A stretch of DNA of 63,812 bases, the filler included, from Olpidium bornovanus S191 (Eukaryota; Fungi; Olpidiomycota): the NCBI GenBank assembly GCA_017911155.1. It is 30 parts of 30 records of this genome, joined end to end, with 100 filler letters (N's around TTAATTAATTAA, not from the genome) between each part and the next. Parts side by side here need not be neighbours in the genome. Positions count along the whole stretch, not along the records: positions 12,121 to 13,205 come from JAEFCI010011578.1; positions 13,306 to 14,444 come from JAEFCI010008730.1; positions 14,545 to 17,199 come from JAEFCI010011120.1; positions 17,300 to 18,805 come from JAEFCI010011131.1; positions 18,906 to 20,619 come from JAEFCI010001688.1; positions 20,720 to 23,774 come from JAEFCI010009526.1; positions 23,875 to 26,401 come from JAEFCI010004862.1; 23 more parts are not named here. One strand, 5' to 3'. Numbering within the stretch: the stretch's first letter is position 1; each line of letters starts with the position of its first letter. The notes beneath the pieces were generated by a model. The model ran no database searches. It was given only the letters and a program-made list of their open reading frames with translations, and was not told where the DNA came from. Positions 12,021 through 24,199 of the stretch are shown here, piece by piece. The position numbers and the translations under genes are program-made.

Positions 12021-13587
12021 NNNNNNNNNNNNNNNNNNNNNNNNNNNNNNNNNNNNNNNNNNNNTTAATTAATTAANNNNNNNNNNNNNNNNNNNNNNNN
12101 NNNNNNNNNNNNNNNNNNNNCATGTGCGTCGGAGGGGGAAGAAATGGATTGGCGGCGCTCCGAAGTCAATCGGGGGATAAGCTTCGGACCTGGGTGTGCG
12201 AACTTCAGTCTCCAAACCAACCTGCAGACCTCCACCCCAGGAAATCAATCACAGACCTTCAAATCAATTGAAGAAGGCCTAGGCGGAAATCCGAACCTGC
12301 AAGGAACAAATCGAACGCAAGGCAGCAAATTTTCCGGCCGCCAGCGCCCCACGGAGAAACAAACTCTCGAGGAGAACCAATCGCCTCCGGACTCAATTGG
12401 CGACAGGAGAGCGCCCGTGCGGTTTTTAAGAAACCCACGTGGAAGGGGGTGAGGCGCGGGGGGCTGGGGGAGGGGAAGAATATAGGGCAGGCTAAGCCGT
12501 ATGAGACATATCCCCTATCCTCCGCCCGCCGCCATTGTGTCTCTTTGCTGCCATCCTAAATGCGGAAGTAACCCACGTGCGGACCGCGGGGGGTCCCAAC
12601 CCGAAACGCGAGAAGGGTGGAAGGAAACTGCATTCGTGGCGAAGGGGCAAACAGTGGCTCGTGCGCCCAGTGCATCCGTGCTCCCCCCTTTCCATTTTCC
12701 TTCCTTTATTTCCAACAGCCAGCCCCGCTCCAATTCCCCCCCCCCTCTCTCCCCCATTCTCCTGTAGGACTCGGGGGAGATTTTCGGGATTTTTTTTTGA
12801 AGATCTGAAGAGCCTCTCTATTCCTCTGGCTCTCCTCTGGCCTTTTACCGAGAGGGCGTTCCAGGGAAGACGCGGGCGAAACGTGTACGTTTCCGGGGCT
12901 GAAAAACGAGTGTGTGCGGCGCGGAGAGGGGGACAGGGTGGGTGAAACGCACGGGGTGAAAAACGTTTCAAGGGTGAAAGACAGGCGCTCTCGGGTTCCC
13001 CCCGTTTCCGACATCTTCCCCCACCCGCCGGAGCCCGCGAGAGAGAGAGAAAAAAAAAAGCGGAAGGTAGGAACAACGCCCCCCCCCCCTCCCGCCCCGC
13101 CGCTCTGCTGCACTTTCCTGGGAGAGCTGTCGCCCGGCGGGATGCGGGATTGCGCCAGATGGGGTTGGGGGAGGGGGGAGGGGGTGGGGGGGGGGGGGTG
13201 GGGAANNNNNNNNNNNNNNNNNNNNNNNNNNNNNNNNNNNNNNNNNNNNTTAATTAATTAANNNNNNNNNNNNNNNNNNNNNNNNNNNNNNNNNNNNNNN
13301 NNNNNCATGATATTGTCGTTCACCAGCATTGTGAATTCCTTGAAGAAACGCCATCCCGATGTTCGGGTGCGGATATGTGGTGGGTGCGGAGAAGTTAACC
13401 GGTTTACTGTGTCCCAGAAGCTCCGCGCAGCCGTGCGGCGTTAGCTCCATTTTCCGATGTTGCGTGGTTTCTTTTTTGCCGCTAAATAAGCTAAACGGGC
13501 TTCCTGTGCCCCGGAAGCTAGGCGAGCGTGCGGCTTTGCTTCTGTTCTCCGATGTTGGGTGGTTTCTTTTTTTCTTTGCCGCTCAAG

Positions 13588-14444
13588 GGACTAAAGCTGT
13601 TTCTCCGCAATTTGAAATTGAAGCCGTCGACTACCCTCTGGCCCCCGAGGCCGCCTTCCCGGCGGCCGTCGATTCCGCCGTGACGGCCTACCGCTGGCTC
13701 TTGAAGCAACCGGGGATGTCCGAGGCTCGGATCGCGCTGGGCGGCGACAGCGCGGGCGGTGGGCTCGCCCTCGCGTTGGTCCAAAAGCTCCGCTTCATTC
13801 AGCCGGTCTCGCTCGGCAGCCGCATAAAGGGCCTGGCCCTGATATCTCCCTGGGTGGACCTATCCCTCTCCAGCGCCTCAGTCGCCCGCAACGAGACCAC
13901 CGACATCATATCTCCGTCGGTGGCGCGGAGCATGGTCCGGTTCTACCTCACCGGTGGCGCTGTCGGCCCCGAAGCCGACGCGTACCTGGAGCGGGTGTCC
14001 GCGCATCCCATCGTATCCGCGGTCCGTGCGGACATGCGCGGTTTCCCTGACATGTTCGTCGTAGGCGGCGGCAAAGAGCTGTTCCACGAAGACCTGATCA
14101 AGTTTGTAAATAACGCCAAGTCGGCCGGCGTCAACGTAGAGACCGAGTTCGCGGAACACATGGTGCACGCTTACGTTCACTTGGAGGTACGTTACAGGGT
14201 TTCAGGTTTTCGAATTTCGACACGGACCGTTTTTTCGGGAAAAACTCCGTGCGGTCATCATTCTCGGGACTGACGTGTGTACGCCCGTGTTCCGGGACGT
14301 CGGTTGGGAACGCTCCCCCGGCATTTCCAGCCGTTCTTTGGCAAGTCCGCGTCGGCGGCTATCCAGAAATTCGCGGCGTTTTTGGCCAAATTGGCCGCAA
14401 GGCCTGTGCAACCCGCGGATACCTGCGCCATTGACATCTGCATG
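13588..14444 (+). CDS. Alpha/beta hydrolase, HSL/Abhydrolase_3-type esterase (partial)
   Basis: VDYPLAPE, nucleophile motif GDSAGG, LISPWVDL, GGGKELFHED and HMVHAY. Intron 14187-14330 is followed by PFFGKSASAAIQKFAAFL. The 5' boundary is approximate. Confidence 0.9.
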
Positions 14445-15690
14445 NNNNNNNNNNNNNNNNNNNNNNNNNNNNNNNNNNNNNNNNNNNNTTAATTAATTAA
14501 NNNNNNNNNNNNNNNNNNNNNNNNNNNNNNNNNNNNNNNNNNNNCATGAGACGCACCTCGCAGGTCTGGCGCTAACGAAGTAGCTGCAAAGGCCACAGTG
14601 CGCTGCGACAGCAGGGGAGCAGCGCGGGGGAGTGTTGAGTGCAGCTAAAATAATAGTGTCCCCGCATCGATGTGTCACACAGTGATCTTGCATCAAAGCA
14701 TCCCGTGACCTTACGTCGACCCGCACTTTTCGGAGCTCTTCTTCGAAGCAAACTCTCCGCCGTCGAAAAACTATAAATCTTCCCTCGACCTTTCACACTT
14801 AGGTTCCGCCATTCCTATGAACTTGGAGAATAATAGACCACGACGGCCGCTTTACGGCCTCCGCGGGAATAGAAGAATGAACAAAAAACTCTGAAATTTC
14901 CTATCACCGCACCAGTCCCATCACAATCACACGGCGTTTAACTTATCGAACGTTGAAGCCGCCACCCTGAAACCGAATCCACTTCGACTACTCTAAATTC
15001 AAAGCGCAGGGCCCCGGTACATGGCCTTTTCCGAAGGCCCACCGCTGTATTTTTCATTTTAAGACGAGCAGCTGCAAAGGGCCCTTGCGGCAATCTCAAG
15101 ACGCGCAAGGCGTTCAGCCGAGTTCACCAGCTCTTCATGCGGGTCCTTCTCGTCATCGTCCAATACGAGCAATCCTTGGTGGTTGATGTACCTGTACTGG
15201 GCCAAAATAAAATTGCTCCTCGAGGAGTTCCCGCACGCTCCCGTGTGCATTGAGGGGCTCATCAGCGAATATCTGGGTCTCGCCAACCGCCTGGTCCAGG
15301 TAGTTGAGCCGGATTCTACGATGATACGGCGCTCCGCTGCGCCCGGGCGGCCGGTTCGTCCGACATTCTGCTCGCTGCACTGCGCACGGGACCCCCGCGG
15401 CGGGCGGAGAGCGGGGGAGGGCCGTTGGGCGCGCGCGCGGCTTTTCCTTTCAATCCGGAAACTTCCGATTGTCGCCTGCCGCTGCTTTGCTGGATGAAAT
15501 CAACGAACAAAAAAAAAAAAAAAAAAAAAAAGAAGCAAAGCCGCCTCTCCGCCCCGACGCCGTTGACTACACGGAGCCGCCTCGTCAGCCGCAGTAGCCA
15601 AAGCCGGTCGTCCCTCACAGCTGGGGACTGACGGCGGAGTGGTGGGGGAAGGGTTGGTGAGGCGGGAAAGGTGACCGGCGCGCGGCAACA

Positions 15691-16921
15691 ATGACGCTGG
15701 GGCTCGACAGCCCGTATCTCTCCCTGCTGCTATGGGCCTTCGTTCCGCGGCTGGTGACGGACCGGCTGCGCTCCCTCTACTACGCACTCAGGTACGCCCG
15801 CGGGCCCGACCGGAGGCCGGCGCCGGGCACGGCGCGGTTCGTCCGCGACACCGGCCGCATATACACCCTCGTTGTGCTCTCCTACCTCGCCTATTCCCTC
15901 GCCGCCCTCGTCGCGGCAATGCCCCCCTCGCACTACGCCGTGCTGGGCCTGTCGCCCGCCGCCGGCGGCCTCACCGACCGCCAGCTGCGCGCGTCGTTCC
16001 GCAAGCTCTCCGTCCAGCACCACCCGGACAAGGCCGGCGGCGACCCCCTCGCCGCCGAAAAGTTCATGCGCGCCCGCGCCGCTTACGAGGTCCTACAGGA
16101 CCCTGTGCGCCGCTTCGCCTACGACCGGTTCGGGAACGACGTGGCCCTCTGCAAGCACTGCAGGACGAAGTCGGACTTTTTCGGCGTCGCCTTCGAGAGC
16201 TACAAGTGGTTCTACGCGGGCACCACGGCGGTGCTGATCGTCATCGGCGTGGCGGGGGAGGGAGAAGGCGGGGCCCTGAGACCAAGAGGGCGAAAGTGGG
16301 GGGGGGGGGTTCGAGCGATGAATTGGCCTGGTTTTTCCGGAAGAAAAAGTGCCGGCGGCTCCCTTCCGGCTTTCCGCCCGTGCAAAAGGATATATATCTC
16401 ACCCATGTCCCTTCCTCCGCGATCTCCCAACCCCCCTCCCTCCTCCCGCACACACACAGGGCCAGTTCGGGAAATACTGGCGGTTCGTCGCGACGCTTTT
16501 CCTCGCTGGCCTGGAGCTCGCTATGATGACGCGGCCGCGAAATCCGATCCCGCTGGCTTCGGTCCTGCTGTCGCCCTACCTGACGACGCACGAACAGATC
16601 GACCTGCTGCACAACGTCACCATCACCTTCTTCATCGCCCTCTCGCAGGTCGGACCGGTGCTCTTCCCGCAGCACGACAATGACGACGACCCGCCGCTGC
16701 GCTCGCTACTCGAGCGCCTGGAGAAGGTGCAGCACGCCGTCAACGTTCAGTCCGTCCAGTCGTTCGCCGCACTGTTCGCCCCCTTCTGCGACGACCCCGA
16801 GTCGGTGGCGCTGCTCCGCAGGGAGATGACGAGGATCGCCATCGACGCTAAACTCGGCGAGGACCCGGAGCTCGCCGCCGCCAAGCAACGAGTACGCAAG
16901 AGGCTGTCCAAGGACAAATGA
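15691..16921 (+). CDS. Membrane-associated DnaJ/Hsp40 protein (fungal type)
   Basis: J-domain HYAVLGL...FRKLSVQHHPDK...AYEVLQDPVRRFAYDRFG between hydrophobic segments. One intron, about 16249-16459 (donor position uncertain), joins to GQFGKYWRF. Confidence 0.9.
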
Positions 16922-17121
16922 AAATGAGGGGGCGGGGCCAGCAGAACTTGTGAGCACCGTTTTCGATCCATCCCGCATTCGTTTAGATCTCGGGCGCACG
17001 AGTTCCCACCGCATCGTCTGTTCTAGACATTTTCACGTCAAGCATCAACGTTAGAACGTAGAAGGCGGATCCCGCCGGAGACCACTCGGTCACCGGTGCG
17101 GAGCGTCCTGTTTTTTTCTTT

Positions 17122-17161
<40 letters not shown>

Positions 17162-17522
17162 CCCTCCCCTCCCGGAAACCCCGGCCCCCCCCGCCCCCCN
17201 NNNNNNNNNNNNNNNNNNNNNNNNNNNNNNNNNNNNNNNNNNNTTAATTAATTAANNNNNNNNNNNNNNNNNNNNNNNNNNNNNNNNNNNNNNNNNNNNC
17301 ATGTTTTTGGTTCCCAGCCTGTGGAAAAGAGAATTACGGCCAAGAGTAGGGAAAGGGAACCTGGCGAGCGGAGGCATTACGTTGCTGCGCGAAGGCTGCG
17401 CTCAATTCCCGCTTCACGTCCGTTCATACTGTTATGCGGGGAGAAGCGTTCTTGTCTGTTTCTGACACTCTCGTTTCCTTTTTGCGATTGTTGTTGATTT
17501 TTTGCCTTGCGCCGCGAACCAG

Positions 17523-17933
17523 CTTTTTATGGAGGACAATGCTCCGGCCAGACGGCAAGACGCCGCAAGTCAGGGCGTACCCGTGGACCGGAGAAAACGA
17601 CTGTACGTCTCTGACCACGCTCCCTGTGGCGAGCTGGCCGAAAATAAGAAAAAATCGTCTGGGCAGCGGATTCGCGATGAAAAAAAAAAAAGGATAATAA
17701 ATCTCGTTTTCTCCCTCTCTCTCTCTCTCTCTCTTCCCCCCGCCCCTTCGTCTGTCTCTTTCTCTTGCACGCGCGCACACTTTTATTTTTTGGAAGATTT
17801 TATTTCCAGCGAGCACAATTTTATAGGGGTAGGCGGCGGGTAAGTTTTTTTTTTTTTTTTTTTTGGCCCCCCGACCGGGGGCCCCCCCGTTTTTTTTTTT
17901 TTCCTTTTTTTTTTGTTCTTTTTCCCCCCCCCC

Positions 17934-17973
<40 letters not shown>

Positions 17974-18153
17974 TTTTACAGAAGCGGCCGTTTCGGCCTG
18001 TACATTTCCGACCCGTTCGAGAAGGGGTACACGGAGACGTGCGCGACGTTCGCGAACGAGGCGCTCACCGGGCCGGGCTCGCCGTGCGAGTTCGACGTCC
18101 TGGAGCTGGAGGCGTGGGGGTTCGAGGTGTACATGCAGTCGCAGGCGATTTGA
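17523..18153 (+). CDS. TLDc-domain protein (Oxr1-like), C-terminal exons
   Basis: Exons 17523-17602, 17797-17839 and 17982-18153 splice to FLW...AYPWTGENDYFISSEHNFIGVGGGSGRFGLYISDPFEKGYTETCATFANEALT...FDVLELEAWGF, the TLDc consensus. Confidence 0.85.
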
Positions 18154-18202
18154 ACAACCTCCCGCCGGGGCGCGGGGGCCTCGTGCGTGCAAAGGAAAGG
18201 GG

Positions 18203-18234
<32 letters not shown>

Positions 18235-18752
18235 GCGCGGCCGAACCCTTTCTCTTTCCCCCCCACCCTCCTTTTTTTTTTTCTTTTCCCTCCCATCTGC
18301 GAAATTGTTGTCCGTGCTGCTGCCGCGCCGGATATGCGGAGATTGCCCAAGGCGGCGGCGAAGGTTGTGGGCTCCCTTCGACTTTCCGCTCTCTCTTTCT
18401 CTCTCTTTCTTTCGCTCTCCCTCCCTCTCTCTCTCTCTCGCGCGCGCGCGAGCGCGCGCTCTGGCTTTTTACACGGGGGCTTCGACGCATTAGCGGTCCC
18501 CCCCCCCCTCTCTTCCCCCCTCCCCTTTACCCAGCGCCCGCACTGCCGGACAATGTCTGTCGGCATCTTTCCGTTGCTTTTTTTGCTTTTGGCATAGAAA
18601 TTTTTTTTTTTTGTTTTTTGCCTTTTGCGTGCACATCTTTTCTGCATTAGAAACCACATCAAGTAATATGTACAGTAAACGATTTTGGGCACGGCCCGTA
18701 AAGGGGCGCGTGGGGGTTTTCGAGAACCGCGCGGGAGAAGAGGGGGGGAGGA

Positions 18753-18783
<31 letters not shown>

Positions 18784-18905
18784 AAAGGGGGGGGGGGAGA
18801 GGGGGNNNNNNNNNNNNNNNNNNNNNNNNNNNNNNNNNNNNNNNNNNNNTTAATTAATTAANNNNNNNNNNNNNNNNNNNNNNNNNNNNNNNNNNNNNNN
18901 NNNNN

Positions 18906-20083
18906 CATGACTGCCGCAAGTTTCTTGTATGGGACTTGATTCACGGCATCGGTCACCCCTTGGTGGACGCGGGTCATCCTCCACGTGAGAAAGAAGGGAA
19001 AGTCGAGCTCCGGACCAAGGAGGGGGAGCTTTTCCCGTTGTTTCCAGACGTAGTACTCGGGAAAGTACTTGTCGAGAGCGTAGTTGTCAACGTCAAGATG
19101 ACCGTCAGCGGGAATGGTCGATACCGAGGGAGTTGGGTCGACTTAGGGAAAATCTTCTTGGAGAACTTCTTGTAATGTTCGGCGTCCCGTCTCCATTGTC
19201 CCGGCGACACCGGCTGGGGCAGCGGCACCAGATGTTGGAGTGGACTGCGGGACAGCGGCAAGTACACGTCCCATATCAGCGGTAGTCCTTTCTGCCCCGG
19301 CGACACCGGCAAAGCCGGCAACACCAGGCAAAAGGGGCCCCTGTTCCCTCCCGGTGACACCGGCAGGGCCAGCGACACCAGAGAGTTGAGGTTGCTGAGG
19401 TAGGGAGGTACTTAAACCGGGTAGGTCGAAGTAGGACACATTCTCTTGCTGCGCAGTAACAGGCGTCTCGGTGACAGCCTTAGCGGCAGGAGTCGCGTTG
19501 AACTTCCCTGGCATCCTCTTGGCGTGAGAACGGTGGAACTTGACGGTCGGGGCGAGCCGAGCAGGTGCCGGCGGAGGTAGAGAGGGCCCTGGTGACGTTT
19601 CCAGCGTGTACCTTGGGGTACTCAACGTGTTTTCTCCTTGAGAACAAGAGCGCTGCCCAGCACTTTCTTGATGAGTCGAGCGGTCACCGGAGGGCCTTGA
19701 GACACTTGCGGCGGCTGCCGCTGCTGCGGCCGCCAGCCTGATGTAGAAGCTGTAGTCACTTTCTCCTTCCTCTTGGTGAGGAAGTGGCGCACGAGATCTG
19801 GTCGCCATGGTTGGCGAGCGGCGCGCGGCGGTTGCGGCGACGCGCAGCGGTGATGAGCGGCGGCGAGGCGGGCGTGCAGCGGTGACGGCGGTTGCCCGGT
19901 GACGGCGAGGTGGGCGCGCAGCGGTGGCGGCGCGGCGGCGGCGGGCTCGCAGCGGCGGAGGCGGCTGGCGCGCAGCGGGCGGCGGTTGCGCGGCGGGCGG
20001 CGGCTGCGGCGGGCGGCGCGCGGATGGAGGGAGCGCAGCGGCGGAGGCGGCGGGAGCGTCAGAGTCCCGTTGGGCTCATAACC
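18906..20083 (-). mobile_element. 5' part of a degenerate copia-like element: PBS, GC-rich leader and frameshifted gag-like ORF
   Basis: PBS at 20083-20072, C-rich leader at about 20060-19810, ATG at 19808 (MATRSRAP). Three ~30-bp repeats encode GVAG-like units, followed by frameshifted protein-like text. Confidence 0.6.
20072..20083 (-). promoter_or_regulatory. Primer-binding site matching the initiator tRNA-Met anticodon arm (half-tRNA priming type)
   Basis: The minus strand reads GGTTATGAGCCC, the exact complement of GGGCUCAUAACC in the anticodon stem-loop of fungal initiator tRNA-Met. Confidence 0.7.
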
Positions 20084-20303
20084 TATCGTTTTGTTTTCCG
20101 CCTTTTGTTTTGTATTTTCCGCTCGTTGTCCTCGATTACAGGCCGTATATGACGAAAAATCCGGCCGGCCCAGCCAAACGTGCTTAACTTTGATGGGTAA
20201 GTAGTACTCGGCGAGTTCTCAAGATGTTCAGAATACGTATGCGGGGAATTGAAGAGCACCCCCAAAAGCATCTTTTCTAGCACAGCAATTGTGGGCAGAG
20301 TTG

Positions 20304-20304
<1 letters not shown>

Positions 20305-20340
<36 letters not shown>
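20305..20340. repeat. (TG)18 microsatellite
   Basis: Read directly from the sequence. Confidence 0.95.
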
Positions 20341-20343
<3 letters not shown>

Positions 20344-20525
20344 GATCTCCAAGTTCGATGAATTACAGGTGGTCCAAAGCGAGCGGCACCATAAAACCGG
20401 GGGTAGAAATTGAGCCCCCCCCGCGAAGCTCTCCTTCTCCCTTCGAAAAAAAGAAGGGCGCGGGAATTCTACAGAGCCGTGGACGACGAACGCACTGAGC
20501 GCACGCCAGCCCGCGTTAGCGCCCT

Positions 20526-20581
<56 letters not shown>

Positions 20582-21210
20582 CGCGCGGCGCGCCCCCCCC
20601 CCCCCCCCCTCCCCGCTCGNNNNNNNNNNNNNNNNNNNNNNNNNNNNNNNNNNNNNNNNNNNNTTAATTAATTAANNNNNNNNNNNNNNNNNNNNNNNNN
20701 NNNNNNNNNNNNNNNNNNNCCATGGGCGGACGACACAGGACGGGAGTCTAAAAGGCAAAACCAGAAATGAGAACACCTATTCCTTTAGAGAGAGAGTAAA
20801 AGGTTGCCTCACGGCGAGCTCAGAAAGTCCCGGGGACTGCTGCTCAGACTCCCGTGGAGTGAGAAAGAAAAAAAAAACCGCGAATGCAGAACTCGACGAC
20901 CGATCCGTCACCGGGGCCGGGCCCGTTTTGCCGGGTCTCAAAGTCGGGGGAGATTTGACGGTATCTGGTCGCATTCCAAAACTGACTTATGAAGCTCGTG
21001 GGAGCATCGACGTTGGTCTCCGCTCCAAATCTTCCCCCCTCCCCCCCCCACCCCCCCCAGGCCTCACTTCCCACCCTCCCCTTGAGTAAACCGAAAAACG
21101 GACGATTTTCCTGCGGGCTGCGGATGCAACCCCCCCCCCGGGGGACCTCCCGGCGCGTGAGCACCCATTTTTCTTTGTCGCCCGCAAGAAAAAAAAATTA
21201 TGTTTCGTTT

Positions 21211-22614
21211 TCACCCGAACGAGTAATTGATCTCGGCAATCGGCACGAACTTTGCGTCGTCGTCTGCGTTCGCGTCCGCCGTCCCGCCTGCTCCTCTCCA
21301 CCGCCGCACGTGCGTCCGCTCCTCAAAAAATCCTTGCTGCGCCCACGCGGTCATCTGGGATACCGGGTAAGGCCCAAACACCTGGGCTTCTTCCGTAGAG
21401 TCCCACTTGTACTCCCACTGCGGCTCCTCCTCCGCCCCCTCCGGCTCCTGGGAAGTCTTGCCGCTTTGCGCGGCCGGTTCCGGTGGAGCTTGCTTCGAGG
21501 GGCCGGAGAGCCGATACGCCAGCGACTCGTAGGTGTCGCCGTAGACGGTCAGGTCTCCCAAGGAAACTAGCCGGTCGACGAGGACGGTGAAGCTCTCGAC
21601 CGCCTTGCGGTGCGCAGCCGCCTTCTCCTCCTCCCCGGCGTCCTTCTCTTCCGGAGCGGTAGAAGCCGCGCCGCCGTCGGAATCGGGTTTCTTGGCCGCC
21701 TTGGCGCCCTTGCTCTGCCGCCGACTGCCCGCCTTCCCGATGTCCCTGCCGCCGCCGAGCCTCCGCAAAGTCCTGGTCACCGTCTCCCCCGGCTTCATGC
21801 ACTTCAGCATTTCCGTCCATACCTGCTCCCTGGTCATAGAGTTCACAGGGTCCCTCCCCGCCTCCTCTTCCTTCTTCCTCAAGGCCTCCTCTGCGCGCTG
21901 CCGCTGCAGCTTGGCCCGCTCAAAGTCTCGCCTCCCCAACCCGTCCAGCCAGCTGTCGTGGAACCGCTGCGGGTCGGCGGGCCTGCGGACGTAATTCCCC
22001 TCGTTGTCGAACCTCCCCTCCTCCATCTCCTCCTTCAGGTTGAACGCCTCCAAAACCTGCTCGCCCTTCTCGTCGAACTCCGCGCGGGAGGCGTAGTCCT
22101 GCCACGCGATGTCGCCCTCGGAGAGGTAGCGCGGGTTTCGCTTCAGGCGGCGGTATTCCGCATCGTCAAGCTCTTCTTTTCCGGCGTCGGCGCCGGGCCG
22201 GCGGCGCTCGGCCGTTCCGCGGCTGTCGGCAAACATGTCATCGTCCTCGTCGCCGTCGCCGCCCTCCCGCGCCGCCGTCGCCCGGCCGCCGGTGCGCGCG
22301 TCCCGGCCCCACTTCGCCCTCGGAACCTCCTCCTCGTCGCTGCTCGCTTCGCCGGACCGGTACCCCGCGAGGTTCACCGTCCCCCTCCGCTCCTTGCGCT
22401 GCTCTAGCGACGCCTCGTGGTCGAACTCCTCGAACGCGCCTTCCGTGCCGGCTCCGGCTTCGTCGTCGCCGGCCGCTGCCTTCCCCCGCACCCCAAAGCG
22501 GACCCGTTTCGGCCCGGCGGCGGCGACGCCGCCGAACGAGGAAAACGGCTCCTCCTCCCGGAAGGCGGCGGCGGCGGCGGCGGCGGCGGCGTCTCCGCGC
22601 TGCCTCTTGGACAT
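21211..22614 (-). CDS. LIN1: CD2BP2/Lin1 (U5 snRNP 52K) GYF-domain protein
   Basis: Single exon from ATG 22614. LEAFNLKEEMEEGRFDNEGNYV, DSWLDG, MKPGETVTRTLRRLG and a C-terminal GYF domain WEYKW...GPYPVSQMTAWAQQGFF. Confidence 0.93.
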   Translation of the reverse strand: MSKRQRGDAAAAAAAAAFREEEPFSSFGGVAAAGPKRVRFGVRGKAAAGDDEAGAGTEGAFEEFDHEASLEQRKERRGTVNLAGYRSGEASSDEEEVPRAKWGRDARTGGRATAAREGGDGDEDDDMFADSRGTAERRRPGADAGKEELDDAEYRRLKRNPRYLSEGDIAWQDYASRAEFDEKGEQVLEAFNLKEEMEEGRFDNEGNYVRRPADPQRFHDSWLDGLGRRDFERAKLQRQRAEEALRKKEEEAGRDPVNSMTREQVWTEMLKCMKPGETVTRTLRRLGGGRDIGKAGSRRQSKGAKAAKKPDSDGGAASTAPEEKDAGEEEKAAAHRKAVESFTVLVDRLVSLGDLTVYGDTYESLAYRLSGPSKQAPPEPAAQSGKTSQEPEGAEEEPQWEYKWDSTEEAQVFGPYPVSQMTAWAQQGFFEERTHVRRWRGAGGTADANADDDAKFVPIAEINYSFG

Positions 22615-22734
22615 TTTGCAGATCGTTCTGGCGAGAGGGGTTGACCGGTCGGGAGACAGAGAGGGACAGCGGCGGTTTTTGGAGCGGCCCAAATGAGAAA
22701 AAAAAAATACCCCAGGAAGGAGCTTTTCGACAGG

Positions 22735-22771
<37 letters not shown>

Positions 22772-24199
22772 AGAGAGAGAGAGAGAAAAAAAAGGCGAAG
22801 GCGGAGGCGGAGCGCGGCCGCAGAGCCCTGCTTGAGGTTCCGGTTCGCCCTCAGTTCTGCTCTGTTGAGACACAGCCTGGGCAAGCCCATTCTGTCCTTC
22901 GGAGGTGCAGCGGGCCTCGAAAGAGAAAAAGTAACCCTACTTTGCGGAACAAGTCTGCGGAGCAACGCCATGAGCTTTTTGTTACCTGAAGCGCCCAGTG
23001 AAGGCGGGGAAGGAAGGGTGGTGGGGAGATGACCGAGAGGATCCACGGCGATGCGTCGCTTATGGCCTCCCCGCACACTCTCCTGGTCGGCCAGGCGCGC
23101 GACGACCTGGGAGCCCAAGCCCTCCGCGGGCCTCGGAAACTGTCGGCAAGTGCGTGGATGCCCAGATGCGCGCCCAAACATCTGCGGATATATCCCCGTC
23201 CAAATGGATGAGCCCGGGCAGGAGGAAGAAGGAGGGGGGGGGGGGGGGAGTATAGCACGGTGTTTAGACGTTTAAAAATTTTCTAGGCTCATGGTATCAG
23301 CCATTCACAGAGATACTCTCCGGAGTGACCATGGCAGCCGCGGGCGCTTTTGAAGAAATCCGCACTAGCCGTCTTCAAGCCCAGTGGCGTCACCAGATCC
23401 CGTTTCCACTTGTGAAAACCCACGGCTGCGGCGGTACCTTTGACAGAGCCGCGCGGATGTGATGTTGGCGCGTGGTGCGGAGTTACCCCCGTGCATGTTT
23501 CCGAGTGCTTATGGCAACACCTTTACCGTCCTTGCCAGGATGCTGGAACGACGGGCGTTTTGGAGCTCAGAAACGCAGGAATGCATGGAGATTGGGGGAA
23601 ATAGGTAGTGACAGCCAGGTCCCGTCCTACTGGTCGAATTTCCAGCCCTGGTTCCCATGACTATGCTTTGAAACGTCCATCGCGCGCGCTGCCATTACCT
23701 CCACCTGATCTGGATTTTTGGAATGCGCGCTCGCGTCATTCGCCTTCACCACATATTACTCCATCCGGAGGATANNNNNNNNNNNNNNNNNNNNNNNNNN
23801 NNNNNNNNNNNNNNNNNNTTAATTAATTAANNNNNNNNNNNNNNNNNNNNNNNNNNNNNNNNNNNNNNNNNNNNCATGCGCGAGAAGGACAATTCTTCGT
23901 CTTTTTGCCCCCAAGGGGTTTGGCAAAGCTTGATAGATTCCGGCCTCCGTCCGGTAAAACTCGGGCCTGAATTCCATCTGTTAATTTTGCCCAAACTCGA
24001 TCTTTTTTTTATTTCCCGGTGGGGTTTGCGCGGTTTGATTATGGTTTTGTTGGTTTTGAGACGCGCGTGGCGCTTCGGTTTGGTGGATGGGTGGTTGGTT
24101 TGGTCGTGCCCGCGCCGCCTCCCCCGCGCCGCCTCCCCCGTCCCCCCTCTCTCTCTCCGCCCCCGCCGCTCCGTCGCGACGAAACGCTCCCGAGGGGCG

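Noticed and set aside
12121-13205. ORFs in this contig, and likewise in 26502-27854, 45031-46697 and 56949-58199
   Set aside because: They are overlapping GC-rich or homopolymer-driven frames with no recognisable domain.
21211-23181. 656-aa ORF as the full Lin1 protein
   Set aside because: The part upstream of ATG 22614 runs through poly-T and CT repeats (poly-Phe) and starts at a non-ATG codon, so it is likely UTR or promoter.
23292-23300. TGGTATCAG after CA as a retrotransposon PBS
   Set aside because: Only 9 nt, with no LTR terminal repeat or gag nearby. Compatible with chance.
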